Below the pieces are notes generated by a model, which worked only from the letters and a program-made list of their open reading frames with translations, searched no databases and was not told where the DNA came from. The position numbers and the translations under genes were made by a program. Positions 1-9,129 of a stretch of DNA of 64,000 nt are shown one piece after another (position 1 is the stretch's first letter; the number at the start of each line of letters is the position of its first letter). The DNA comes from Vicinamibacteria bacterium (GTDB lineage: Bacteria; Acidobacteriota; Vicinamibacteria; Marinacidobacterales; Marinacidobacteraceae): the NCBI GenBank assembly GCA_965199715.1, contig OZ241322.1, positions 448,001-512,000 of the forward strand, given 5' to 3'.

Positions 1-426
1 CCGGCGCAGGAGGCGCTCCAGCCGCTCCATCTCGCCGGCGTCGCGTTCGTGGTCGTAGCCGACGAGATGCAAGAAGCCGTGCACGAGGAGGACGCGCAGT
101 TCCTGGTCGAGCGTCGCTCCCCGCTCCTCGGCCTGACGGGCGGCGGAATCGGCCGACACCACGAGATCGCCGAGGTAGGGCTCCCCGACCGGAACCGGTT
201 CCGCGGGAAAGGCGAGCACGTCCGTGGGCCGGTCCTTCGCCCGGTAGGCGCGGTTCACGGCGCGCATCGCCCGGTCGGACACGACGCGCAGCGTCGCGCC
301 GCGGGGATCGCCGGGAATCACGTCGCGGGCGACGGCGCGGAGAAGGCGCTCCAGCCCCGCCCGATCCACGCGGAAGCGGCGCTGCCGATTCTGGATCGCG
401 AAGGCGGGCGCTTCCCGATCAGGCAT
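1..426 (-). CDS. ybeY: rRNA maturation endoribonuclease YbeY (3' end runs off the window)
   Basis: Manual translation from ATG at 426 gives ...NRAYRAKDRPTDVLAFP...YLGDLVVS...LLVHGFLHLVGYDH (HGxLHLxGYDH motif); follows phoH and the HD gene. Confidence 0.93.
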   Translation of the reverse strand, partial: MPDREAPAFAIQNRQRRFRVDRAGLERLLRAVARDVIPGDPRGATLRVVSDRAMRAVNRAYRAKDRPTDVLAFPAEPVPVGEPYLGDLVVSADSAARQAEERGATLDQELRVLLVHGFLHLVGYDHERDAGEMERLERLLRR

Positions 427-2668
427 CGGCCGGCTTCCGGAAGTCGAACCCGGGATACGAAATCCGCCGATGATGAATCCCCTCGAGCGTGGCGAGGAAG
501 CTCTCCCGGATGCGGACCATGTCGCCCAGCCGAAGGTCGCTCTCGTCGAACTGGTCGTCCTCCATCATCGAGTCCACGATCCGGTCGATGACCCGCTCGA
601 GCTCGACCCGCGACGGTTTCTCGACGCTGCGGGCGGCCGCCTCGATGCTGTCGGCCATCATCACGATGGCGGCTTCGCGGGTCTGGGGCTTCGGGCCGGG
701 GTAGCGGAAGTCCTCCTCGCGCACGGTTCCGCCGTTCTCGGCGGCCGCCTTCCGCGCCCGCTCGAGGAACACCCGGAGCCGCCGGGTCCCGTGGTGCTGC
801 GGAACCATGTCCACGATGTCCTTGGGCAGACCGAGCCGCTCGGCGTCCCGGATCCCCTCCTCGACGTGCTTGATGATGATGATCGCGCTCTGCCGCGGCG
901 GAAGGTGGTCGTGCGGATTCGCGCCCCGCATGTTCTCGACGAAGAACTCCGCCCGCCGCAGCTTCCCGATGTCGTGGTAGAGGGCGCCGGTTGAGCAGAG
1001 GATCGCGTTCGCGCCGATGGCCGACGCGGCCGACTCCGAAAGGAGCCCCACGAGAACGCTGTGCTGGTAGGTGCCCGGCGCGTAGAGCGCGAGCCTCCGA
1101 AGCACCGGGTTGTCGCGCCGAGCGAGCTCCATGAGGCGCAGGTCGCTCGTCCGCTCGAACGCCGCCTCCAGCGCTGGAAGCAGCAGGATCACGAGCGGCG
1201 CCGTCAGGAGACCCCCGCCGAAGGCCGAGGCGGCCTCCACCGCGAGCCGGACCGGATCGCCGCCGTCGGCGCGCAGCAGGTCGAGGCCGAGCACCACGAC
1301 CACGCTTCCGGCGCCGACGAGCGATCCGAGCCGGACCACGTCGGTCCGCCGCGCCATGCGGGAATGCGCCAGCACCGCGATCAGCCCGCTGACGAGCGCG
1401 AACGGCCCCACGATGACGTTTCCGGTCATGACGGTCACGAGCGCCGCGAACACGGTCGCGTTCAGCACCGCCGTGGCCCGGTTCTCGAGAATGACGGAGA
1501 GCAGCGGAACCGCGGCGTAGGGCACCGCGAAGACGTACATCGAGGAATCCACGAACGCCTCGCTACCCGACTGGGCGGCCGCCGCGCGCCAGAGGAATCC
1601 GAGAAGCCGGGTGATGGCGAGGTGCGCGACGATCAGGGCGCCTGCGAGGGCGAACCCGTGGACCATCCACCGCCGGCCGGAGCGGGCCGGCTGGTACAGG
1701 CGGAACAGGATCCAGGCGGCGAGCGAAGTGAACAGCAGCGCGCCGACGCCCGCCCACGGAGACGCCACCGGCGCGAACGCCCGCATGGCGTCGAGCCGGC
1801 GCAGGTGATCCTCGGTCACCTCGTCTCCGGCGCGCAGGAGGGTCCGCCCCTCCCGAAGCTGGATCACCACCGGATCCACGTTCTCCTCGGCCGACGCCCG
1901 CGATCTGGTGGTGGCCACTTCGTTGCGCGCCAGCGTGGGCTGGATGAACCGCTGCGCGAGCTCGGCGAGCGCGGCCCGGTCGGGACCGGACTCCTCGGAG
2001 AGCGCCAGCATCTGGAGCCGCGCCGCCCGCGCCGCGTCCTCGATGGACAACACGTCGGTGAGATCGGGGAGCACGTGGACCTCGCCGCGTTCGGCGTCCT
2101 GGCGCTGGATCGGCCTCCCGAGCGCCGCGAGCGCGCTCTTCTCGGCGAGGATGTCGCGCGCGAGCACGCTGACCGCCGCGTCGGTCAGGTTGCGCTCCAC
2201 CGATTCCCGGAACTCCAGCCCCAGGAGGAGCGCCAGCTCGTCCCGCGCGAGCTCGACGCCGAACTCGCGCGCGGCGCTCTCGGCGAAGGCGTCTTCCGAG
2301 GCGGTGTCCGCCTCGATCGACTGCCGCCCGAAGGCGAACCCGCGAGCGATGCGCGCCCGCACCGTCTCCCGAACCTGCGGATCGAAGTCATAGACGTCGG
2401 GAACGACCTCCAGCGCCTCCTGGCGGCGCTCCTCGGTCGCCGCCGCGTCCTCATAGGTGAAGTCGGCGGAGACGCGGACCGTCGCGGTCGCGATGTCGCC
2501 GACCTCGTACACCGGCGAACGGAAGCCCAGCCGGGGCCAGATGAGCAGCGCGAGCACCAGCGCGAGCGCGCTTCCGGTGAGCAGCGGGCGATCGAACACC
2601 CAGTCGCGGGAACGCAGGACGAGCGCCCGCAGCGGTGCGAGCCGTCCGGCCGAGGCGTCGTCAGCCAT
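419..2668 (-). CDS. 7TM-HD family membrane phosphohydrolase (PgpH/YqfF-like)
   Basis: N-terminal TM, large extracytoplasmic domain, about 7 TM helices, then APGTYQHS...LYHDIGK...HH GT...ADSIEAA HD domain; ATG 2668 overlaps the phoH stop. Confidence 0.88.
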   Translation of the reverse strand: MADDASAGRLAPLRALVLRSRDWVFDRPLLTGSALALVLALLIWPRLGFRSPVYEVGDIATATVRVSADFTYEDAAATEERRQEALEVVPDVYDFDPQVRETVRARIARGFAFGRQSIEADTASEDAFAESAAREFGVELARDELALLLGLEFRESVERNLTDAAVSVLARDILAEKSALAALGRPIQRQDAERGEVHVLPDLTDVLSIEDAARAARLQMLALSEESGPDRAALAELAQRFIQPTLARNEVATTRSRASAEENVDPVVIQLREGRTLLRAGDEVTEDHLRRLDAMRAFAPVASPWAGVGALLFTSLAAWILFRLYQPARSGRRWMVHGFALAGALIVAHLAITRLLGFLWRAAAAQSGSEAFVDSSMYVFAVPYAAVPLLSVILENRATAVLNATVFAALVTVMTGNVIVGPFALVSGLIAVLAHSRMARRTDVVRLGSLVGAGSVVVVLGLDLLRADGGDPVRLAVEAASAFGGGLLTAPLVILLLPALEAAFERTSDLRLMELARRDNPVLRRLALYAPGTYQHSVLVGLLSESAASAIGANAILCSTGALYHDIGKLRRAEFFVENMRGANPHDHLPPRQSAIIIIKHVEEGIRDAERLGLPKDIVDMVPQHHGTRRLRVFLERARKAAAENGGTVREEDFRYPGPKPQTREAAIVMMADSIEAAARSVEKPSRVELERVIDRIVDSMMEDDQFDESDLRLGDMVRIRESFLATLEGIHHRRISYPGFDFRKPADA

Positions 2669-3656
2669 GCGATTCCACCCGCGCCAGAGCCCGCCGGTCC
2701 TCGTATCGGGGGTTCCGGCTCTCACTTCGCGCGTACGCCCGGACGATGGCCTGGACCAGCCGGTGGCGGACCACGTCGCCGTCACGGAGGTGCACGAGAC
2801 CCACGCCGTCGAGACCGCCCACGACCTCGAGGCATTCCTCGAGCCCGCTGGCCTGCCCGCGAGGCAAGTCGTTCTGGGTGACGTCCCCGGTGACCACCGC
2901 CCGGGTGCCGTGCCCGATCCGGGTGAGGAACATCTTCATTTGTTCCGGCGAGGTGTTCTGCGCCTCGTCGAGGATGATGAACGACTCGTTCAGCGTGCGC
3001 CCCCGCATGAAGGCGATCGGGGCGATCTCGATGACTCCGCGCTCGCGCAGGCGCATCACCCGCTCGGGGTCCATCATGTCGTGGAGCGCGTCGTAGAGCG
3101 GACGCAGGTAGGGATCCACCTTCTCGATGAGGTCGCCGGGCAGGAAGCCCAGTTTCTCGCCGGCCTCGACCGCGGGGCGGGTGAAGACGATCCGGCGGAC
3201 CTGCTGGGTCTGAAGCGCCTCGACCGCGACCGCCATCGCAAGCCACGTCTTTCCGGTTCCCGCTGGGCCGGCGCACAGGACCAGCTCGCTCTGGCGCATG
3301 GCCCGCAGGTACTGGAGCTGCCCGAAGCTGCGCGGGCGGATCGTCTTGCCCGGAGCGGGCTGCACGACCGTGTCGAGGAAGTACTCGCGCAGCGAGGCCC
3401 CGGGGTGCTGGCCGAGGATGCGGACCGCGGTGCGCAGGTCGCTCATCCGGTACCGCGCCACCTCGCCGCCGATCGCGGCGAGCTCGTCGAGGGCGGACGA
3501 AAGCAGCGCGATCCGGTCGTCGGGCCCTTCGGCGAGAAGGACGTCGCCGCGGCTCGCCAAGGTGAGCCCGAGCAGCTCCCCGAGGCCGCGCAGGTTGCGG
3601 TCGCGGATGCCGAAGAAGGCGAGCCCGGCGTCGCCGGGAATCGGAATCCGGGTCAT
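2661..3656 (-). CDS. phoH: PhoH-family ATPase
   Basis: GPAGTGKT Walker A, RPAVEAGEKLGFLPGD, MRGRTL, DEAQN, VVRH motifs. Confidence 0.93.
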   Translation of the reverse strand: MTRIPIPGDAGLAFFGIRDRNLRGLGELLGLTLASRGDVLLAEGPDDRIALLSSALDELAAIGGEVARYRMSDLRTAVRILGQHPGASLREYFLDTVVQPAPGKTIRPRSFGQLQYLRAMRQSELVLCAGPAGTGKTWLAMAVAVEALQTQQVRRIVFTRPAVEAGEKLGFLPGDLIEKVDPYLRPLYDALHDMMDPERVMRLRERGVIEIAPIAFMRGRTLNESFIILDEAQNTSPEQMKMFLTRIGHGTRAVVTGDVTQNDLPRGQASGLEECLEVVGGLDGVGLVHLRDGDVVRHRLVQAIVRAYARSESRNPRYEDRRALARVESHG

Positions 3657-3772
3657 CCGGTCACCGGACGCGGGCGAGCGCTTCCGGCCCGCGGCGCGAA
3701 CGTGCGATCAAGCGGCGGGGGCGCGGCGCGGACGCTCGGCGGCGCTGACCCGGTGGTGCATCGGACGCTTGG

Positions 3773-3783
3773 AAAGTAGCACA
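3773..3783 (-). promoter_or_regulatory. Putative extended -10 promoter (TGTGCTACTTT) for phoH-HD-ybeY
   Basis: TG-n-TAnnnT in the intergenic region; the same ccgtgtgctac string precedes rpsO. Confidence 0.45.
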
Positions 3784-3821
3784 CGGCCGGCCGGACAAAC
3801 GAAGGGCCTAGAATTCGAGGG

Positions 3822-4724
3822 ATGCCAGACGCACTTCTCCAGACTTCGATTCCCGGCGCGGAACCCATCTCCCGCGGGAAGGTCCGCGACATCTACGCGG
3901 TGGGGGACGACCACCTGCTGCTCGTGACCTCGGACCGGGTCTCCGCGTTCGACGTGGTGCTGCCGCAGGGCATTCCGCAGAAGGGCCGGGTGCTTAACAG
4001 CCTCTCGGCGTGGTGGCTGCGCCGCACCGGGAACATCGCGCCCAACCACCTCGTGACCGACGACCCGGACGACTACCCGGAGCCCTTCCGGTCGGCGGGC
4101 GCGGACCTCGCCGGACGCTCGATGCTCGTCCGGAAGCTGCGTCCGGTGCTCTTCGAGTGCGTGATGCGCGGTTTCCTCTACGGGTCGGGCTGGAAGGAAT
4201 ACCGGCGCGAGGGGAGCGTCTGCGGGATCGCGCTGCCCGACGGCATGCAGCTCGCCGAACGATTTCCGGATCCGCTGTTCACCCCGGCCACCAAGGCGGA
4301 GAGCGGCCACGACGAAAACGTCAGCGAGGCGTTCATGGCGAACGCCCTCGGGTTCGAGCGCACCCGCGAGCTGCACCGCCTTTCGCGGGAGATCTACGTC
4401 CGGGGCGTGGAGTGGGCGCGCCCCCGGGGCATCATCATGGCGGACACCAAGCTCGAGTTCGGCGAGGACGAGGACGGCGCGCTCCACCTGATCGACGAGG
4501 TGCTGACCCCGGACTCGTCCCGCTTCTGGCCGGCCGACGACTACGAGCCGGGACGGCTCCAGGCGAGCTTCGACAAGCAGTACGTGCGCGACTACCTCGA
4601 GACCCTCGACTGGGACAAGTCGCCCCCGCCGCCCCCGCTTCCGCCGGAAGTGGTCGCGGGCACGACCGAGCGCTTCCTGAGCATCTACCGGCGGATCACC
4701 GGCGAGCCCCTGCCCGGCGCCTGA
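3822..4724 (+). CDS. purC: SAICAR synthetase
   Basis: GKVRDIY, SDRVSAFD, TPATKA..GHDEN, ADTKLEFG, DEVLTPDSSRFW, SFDKQ motifs. Confidence 0.96.
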   Translation: MPDALLQTSIPGAEPISRGKVRDIYAVGDDHLLLVTSDRVSAFDVVLPQGIPQKGRVLNSLSAWWLRRTGNIAPNHLVTDDPDDYPEPFRSAGADLAGRSMLVRKLRPVLFECVMRGFLYGSGWKEYRREGSVCGIALPDGMQLAERFPDPLFTPATKAESGHDENVSEAFMANALGFERTRELHRLSREIYVRGVEWARPRGIIMADTKLEFGEDEDGALHLIDEVLTPDSSRFWPADDYEPGRLQASFDKQYVRDYLETLDWDKSPPPPPLPPEVVAGTTERFLSIYRRITGEPLPGA

Positions 4725-4738
4725 GGACGCGGCCGGGG

Positions 4739-6964
4739 TCAGCGCCCCCGGCGGTCCCGGTCTCCCCGGTCGCGGCCGCGGTACTCGCGGTCGCCCCGGT
4801 CCCGGCGGCGCGGCGGACCTCCGGGCCCCCGCCGGCGCGTGTTGCGCGGCGGCGACGGCGGCAGGCCGGCGCGCTCGCGGAGGATCTCCTTGGTGGAGAG
4901 CCGCACCTTGCCGCCCTGGTCCATCTCGATCACGCGGACCTCGACCTCGTCGCCTTCCTGGAGCTCGTCCCGGACGCTGTGCACGTGGCGATCGGCGATT
5001 TCCGAGATGTGGAGCAGCCCGTCGGTGCCGGGCAGGATCTCCACGAACGCCCCGAAGTCCACGATCGTCTTGACGACGCCGGTGTAGTCGCGCCCCACCT
5101 CGGGGGTCGGGCCGTTGGCGATCCCGTCGATCCGCTCCTGCGCCCGGCGCGCCGACGCGGCGTCCGCGCCCGCGATGTGGATCACGCCGTCGTCGCCGAC
5201 GTCCACGCGGGCGCCGGTCTCGTCGGTGATCGCGCGGATCGTCTTGCCGCCGGCTCCGATGACCTCCCGGATCTTCCGGACCGGGATCTTCATGGTGAGG
5301 ATGCTCGGCGCGTGCTCGGAGGTCTCCTTGCGCGGCGCCGGGAGCGTCGCGGCCATCTTCCCGAGGATCGCGATCCGGGCTTCCTTGGCTTTCTGGAGTG
5401 CCTCGGCGACGAGCTCGAGCTTCAGGCCCGAGACCTTGATGTCCATCTGCAGGGCGGTGATCCCGCTCTGCGTGCCGGCCACCTTGAAGTCCATGTCGCC
5501 GAAGTGGTCCTCGGCGCCCGCGATGTCGGTCAGGATGCGGCTCGTCTCGCCGTCGGTGACCAGACCCATCGCGATGCCGGCGATCGGTGCGCGGAGCGGC
5601 ACCCCGGCGTCCATCAGCGCGAGGCAGCCGCCGGTGACGGCGGCCATGGAGCTGGACCCGTTGGACTCGAGCGTGTCGGAGACCACGCGAATCGCGAAGT
5701 TGAACTCGCCCTCGTCCGGGATCGCCGGCAGGAGCGCGCGTTCCGCCAGCGCGCCGTGGCCGATCTCGCGCCGGCCGGGACCGCGCATCATCCGCGCCTC
5801 GCCGACCGAGAACGCCGGGAAGTTGTAGTGCAGCATGAACCGTTTCTCGCCGCCGCCGTGCACCCAGTCGAGGCGCTGCCCCTCGCTGGGGGGGGCGAGC
5901 GTGGTGACCGCGAGCGCCTGCGTCTCGCCGCGGGTGAAGATCGCCGACCCGTGGGCGCGCGGGAGCACCGAGACGTCGCACGTGATCTCGCGGATCTCGT
6001 CGAAGGCGCGGCCGTCGAGGCGAGTCCCCTCCTCGAGGATGCACTTCCTGAGGATGTCCTCCTCGAGTCCCTTCACGATCCGATCCACCTCTCCGGCGAG
6101 CGCCCGGAGATCGTCGTCGCGATCGGCGAGGGCCGCGAGTACGTCGGCCTTCACGCCGGCGACCGCGGAAGCGGCCGCGAGCTTGCCCTTCGTGCGCATG
6201 GCTGCGGACAGCGGCCCGGCGAACTCGGCGCGGACCTTCTGCTCGAGCTCGGCGTCGCGCCGCTCGGGAGCCGCCTCGCGCTTGGTCGGTTGGACGAGGT
6301 CGCGCAACTCTTCCTGAAGCGCCACGATGGAGCGGATGTGCTCGTGGGCGAACGCCAGCGCCTCCACCATCCGCGACTCCGCGATCTCCTCTGCGCCGGC
6401 CTCGACCATCACGATGGCGTCGCGGGTGCCGGCGACGACCAGATTCAGCCGGGAGTCGCCCAACTGGGACTGCGAGGGGAACAGCACGAACTCGCCATCG
6501 ACCTGACCGACCCGGACCGCGGTGACCGCCGTGTCGAACGGCAGGTCCGAGATCACGAGCGCGGTGGCCGCCCCGGTGAGCGCGTGCACGTCCGAATCGT
6601 TCTCGCGGTCCGCGGAGAGCAACAGGCAGGTGATCTGCGTGTCGTTGCGCCACGTCGAGGGGAACAGCGGCCGCAGCGGGCGGTCGATCAGGCGGCAGGT
6701 GAGGATCTCCCGCTCGTTGGGACGGCCCTCGCGCTTGAAGAACCCGCCCGGGATGCGGCCCGCGGCGTAGAAGCTCTCGCGGTAGTCCACGGCCAGCGGG
6801 AGGAAGTCCACGTCCGGGCGCGGCCGGGCGGACGCGGCCGCGGTGGAGAGAACGACGGTGTCGCCGTAGCGCACGGTGACCGAACCGGCCGCCTGGCGCG
6901 CGACGCGCCCGGTCTCGATGACGAGATCGCTTGCCCCGATACGGGCTTGAACGGAATGAACCAA
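4739..6964 (-). CDS. pnp: Polyribonucleotide nucleotidyltransferase (PNPase)
   Basis: GRIPGGFFKREGRP, RREIGHG, ESNGSSSMA, GDMDFKVAG, KH and S1 domains; follows rpsO. Confidence 0.97.
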   Translation of the reverse strand: MVHSVQARIGASDLVIETGRVARQAAGSVTVRYGDTVVLSTAAASARPRPDVDFLPLAVDYRESFYAAGRIPGGFFKREGRPNEREILTCRLIDRPLRPLFPSTWRNDTQITCLLLSADRENDSDVHALTGAATALVISDLPFDTAVTAVRVGQVDGEFVLFPSQSQLGDSRLNLVVAGTRDAIVMVEAGAEEIAESRMVEALAFAHEHIRSIVALQEELRDLVQPTKREAAPERRDAELEQKVRAEFAGPLSAAMRTKGKLAAASAVAGVKADVLAALADRDDDLRALAGEVDRIVKGLEEDILRKCILEEGTRLDGRAFDEIREITCDVSVLPRAHGSAIFTRGETQALAVTTLAPPSEGQRLDWVHGGGEKRFMLHYNFPAFSVGEARMMRGPGRREIGHGALAERALLPAIPDEGEFNFAIRVVSDTLESNGSSSMAAVTGGCLALMDAGVPLRAPIAGIAMGLVTDGETSRILTDIAGAEDHFGDMDFKVAGTQSGITALQMDIKVSGLKLELVAEALQKAKEARIAILGKMAATLPAPRKETSEHAPSILTMKIPVRKIREVIGAGGKTIRAITDETGARVDVGDDGVIHIAGADAASARRAQERIDGIANGPTPEVGRDYTGVVKTIVDFGAFVEILPGTDGLLHISEIADRHVHSVRDELQEGDEVEVRVIEMDQGGKVRLSTKEILRERAGLPPSPPRNTRRRGPGGPPRRRDRGDREYRGRDRGDRDRRGR

Positions 6965-7031
6965 CGTGACTGCCTTCCTATGGAGGGATTGGGCGAGGGT
7001 GCGCAGGCGCGACGGCGACGATGGGCGCCGT

Positions 7032-7301
7032 TTACTTCCTGAGACCGAGCTCCGCGATCAACTGGCGATACCGGTCCGCGTCCGTGCGGCGGAGGTAGTC
7101 CAGCAGGCGGCGCCGGCGGCTGACCATCTTCAGCAACCCCCGTCGGGAGTGATGGTCTTTCTTGTGAGTGGTGAAGTGGCCCGTCAGCCCGGAGATGCGC
7201 GCGGTGAGCATGGCAACCTGCACTTCGGGGGATCCCACGTCCGTGTCGTGACGGCGGTGCCGCCCGATGATGTCCTGCCGGATGTCTGGCGTCAAGGTCA
7301 C
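7032..7301 (-). CDS. rpsO: 30S ribosomal protein S15
   Basis: GTG at 7301 gives 89 aa; [10 protein letters not shown]...[25 protein letters not shown]...LGLRK. Confidence 0.97.
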   Translation of the reverse strand: MTLTPDIRQDIIGRHRRHDTDVGSPEVQVAMLTARISGLTGHFTTHKKDHHSRRGLLKMVSRRRRLLDYLRRTDADRYRQLIAELGLRK

Positions 7302-7446
7302 GTGCCTGATCCTGTCAACTCTCGGAATGACCGTTCTTGAAACGGGCGGCGGAGGTCGCCGCGGCGAGCCGGCCACGCCGGCCCGGGCCGCCGAAAGGGC
7401 GTCTCGCAGTCGGAACTCCCTTGTCAGCGCCAAATGGAACGGCGGC

Positions 7447-7457
7447 AGCGTAGCACA
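7447..7457 (-). promoter_or_regulatory. Putative extended -10 promoter (TGTGCTACGCT) for rpsO-pnp
   Basis: TG-n-TAnnnT just past the truB stop, about 145 nt upstream of rpsO. Confidence 0.5.
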
Positions 7458-7460
7458 CGG

Positions 7461-8381
7461 TCACTCCCGTCCCGACCCCGCGCCGCGCGGCCAAACGACC
7501 AACGGACGCCACGAAGTCGCCGTCGCCTCTACAACCGCAACGAATCGAATGCGTCCGACACTGTCGTGTTCGACCGCCGCCCGCCGCTCGCCGGGAACGC
7601 CCTCCGCCGGGATCGGCGCCCCGTGCGTGAGCCGCAGCGCCTGGTCGGGCGCCAGTTCGAGGCGCTCCCAGCCGAGAAACACCTCGAGCGGATCCAGAAG
7701 CGCGGCCCGAAGCTCGTCCCGGGTTCCGAGCGCGTCGAGGGAAACCGCCGCCTCGACCCGGTGGCGGCCCACCGCCAGCCTCCGCAGCGCGGCGAGGTGC
7801 GCCCCCGCTCCTAGGCGGCGCCCCAGATCCCGCGCGAGCGCCCGCACATAGGCGCCGGGCCCGGCCTCGCAGGAGATCACGGCGTCGCGCCCGTCGTAGT
7901 CCACGAGCTCGAGGGAAAACACCCGCACCGGAACCGGGGCCAGCTCCACTTCCCTGCCCGCGCGCGCCAGCCGATGGGCGCGACGACCGGCGACCCGTTT
8001 CGCCGAGTACCGGGGCGGCGTCTGGAGGAGGTCCCCGACGAACTCGGGAAGCGCCTCCCGGAGCCGCTCCTCCTCCGGCGGCGGCCCGGGCGCGCCGATC
8101 GGGCGCCCGGTGCAGTCGTCGGTGTCGGTCCCCTGGCCGAAGCGGACGGTCGCCCGGTACCGCTTCGCGCCGGCGCCCACGAACCGGATCAGGCGGGTGG
8201 CGGGGCCGAGGCACAGGGGAAGGAGCCCGGTCGCGAACGGATCCAGCGATCCGGCGTGCCCGGTCCGAACTCCGCCCGAGACCCGCGCGACCTTCCGGAC
8301 CACTCCGGCGGAGGTGATCCCCGGCTCCTTGTCCACGAGCAGCAGGCCCTGGAGCGTAGCCTCCTCCGGCGATGGGGTCAG
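7461..8381 (-). CDS. truB: tRNA pseudouridine(55) synthase (start codon uncertain)
   Basis: GLLLVDKEPGITS, GHAGSLDPFATGLL, TDTDDCTG, PPRYSA, GAYVRALARDLG motifs; follows rbfA. Confidence 0.93.
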   Translation of the reverse strand: MTPSPEEATLQGLLLVDKEPGITSAGVVRKVARVSGGVRTGHAGSLDPFATGLLPLCLGPATRLIRFVGAGAKRYRATVRFGQGTDTDDCTGRPIGAPGPPPEEERLREALPEFVGDLLQTPPRYSAKRVAGRRAHRLARAGREVELAPVPVRVFSLELVDYDGRDAVISCEAGPGAYVRALARDLGRRLGAGAHLAALRRLAVGRHRVEAAVSLDALGTRDELRAALLDPLEVFLGWERLELAPDQALRLTHGAPIPAEGVPGERRAAVEHDSVGRIRFVAVVEATATSWRPLVVWPRGAGSGRE

Positions 8382-8782
8382 CGCTCCGCCTCGTCGGGGT
8401 CGGGCTCCGGCGCCGGGCGACGTTCGCGCTCCTCCTCGAGGAGGCGCTCGAGGCGAATCCCGAACTCCACCGACGGGTCGTACACGAAGCGCACTTCCGG
8501 CGTCAGCCGCAGCCGCACCCGGGCGCCGAGCATCCCGCGCACCCGGCCTTCGGCGCGCCGAAGCGCCTTGAGCGTCTCGTCGCGCTCTTCGGGCGAGCCG
8601 AGCACGGACACTCGGACCTTCGCCACCGAGAGATCGCGCGCCATCTCCACCCGCGTCACGGTGGCGCGGGCGATGCGCGGATCCCCGAACTCGAAGCGCA
8701 GCATGTCGGAGATTTCGCGGCGAAGCTGCTCGCCGACGCGGTCCGACCGGGCCCACGCGCCCGGGGCCTCAAGCCTCGACAT
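8378..8782 (-). CDS. rbfA: Ribosome-binding factor A
   Basis: RSDRVGEQLRREIS...DPRI...VTRVEMARDLSVAKV...LRLTPEVRFVYD. Confidence 0.95.
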   Translation of the reverse strand: MSRLEAPGAWARSDRVGEQLRREISDMLRFEFGDPRIARATVTRVEMARDLSVAKVRVSVLGSPEERDETLKALRRAEGRVRGMLGARVRLRLTPEVRFVYDPSVEFGIRLERLLEEERERRPAPEPDPDEAER

Positions 8783-9098
8783 GCTCGTCCCCCCCGCCGC
8801 CGTCCAGCCGGGCCCACACGATCTCCGCGCCGGACACCTCGGCCGGGAACGCCCGGACCGCCAGCGCCGACGCCGCCGAAAGCCGCGCCTGAACGACCGG
8901 CCGCCCGCTGCCGATGGCGACCACGCTCAGCTCCGCTTCCCGCAGCGCCTGCGGATCCCCGGTCTCGGCGACGGCGACCTGACAGCGGGCGCGAAGCCGA
9001 TCCCCGAGCGAACGGACCACCCGCCGCCGGTCCTTGAGCGAGCGGGCTCCCGGCAGCGACAGCGTCAGCAGCAGGACGCCGACCGACGTGACTGCCAT
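8769..9098 (-). CDS. DUF503 (YlxP-like) protein
   Basis: VGVLLLTLSLPGARSLKDRRRVVRSL...VAVAE motif; position between infB and rbfA. Confidence 0.88.
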   Translation of the reverse strand: MAVTSVGVLLLTLSLPGARSLKDRRRVVRSLGDRLRARCQVAVAETGDPQALREAELSVVAIGSGRPVVQARLSAASALAVRAFPAEVSGAEIVWARLDGGGGDEHVEA

Positions 9099-9129
9099 GC
9101 CCGGCGAGACGGCCAGACGGGAGCCGGGA

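Noticed and set aside
3708-3761. 17-codon uORF (MHHRVSAAERPRRAPAA) upstream of phoH
   Set aside because: No SD or attenuator structure; compatible with chance.
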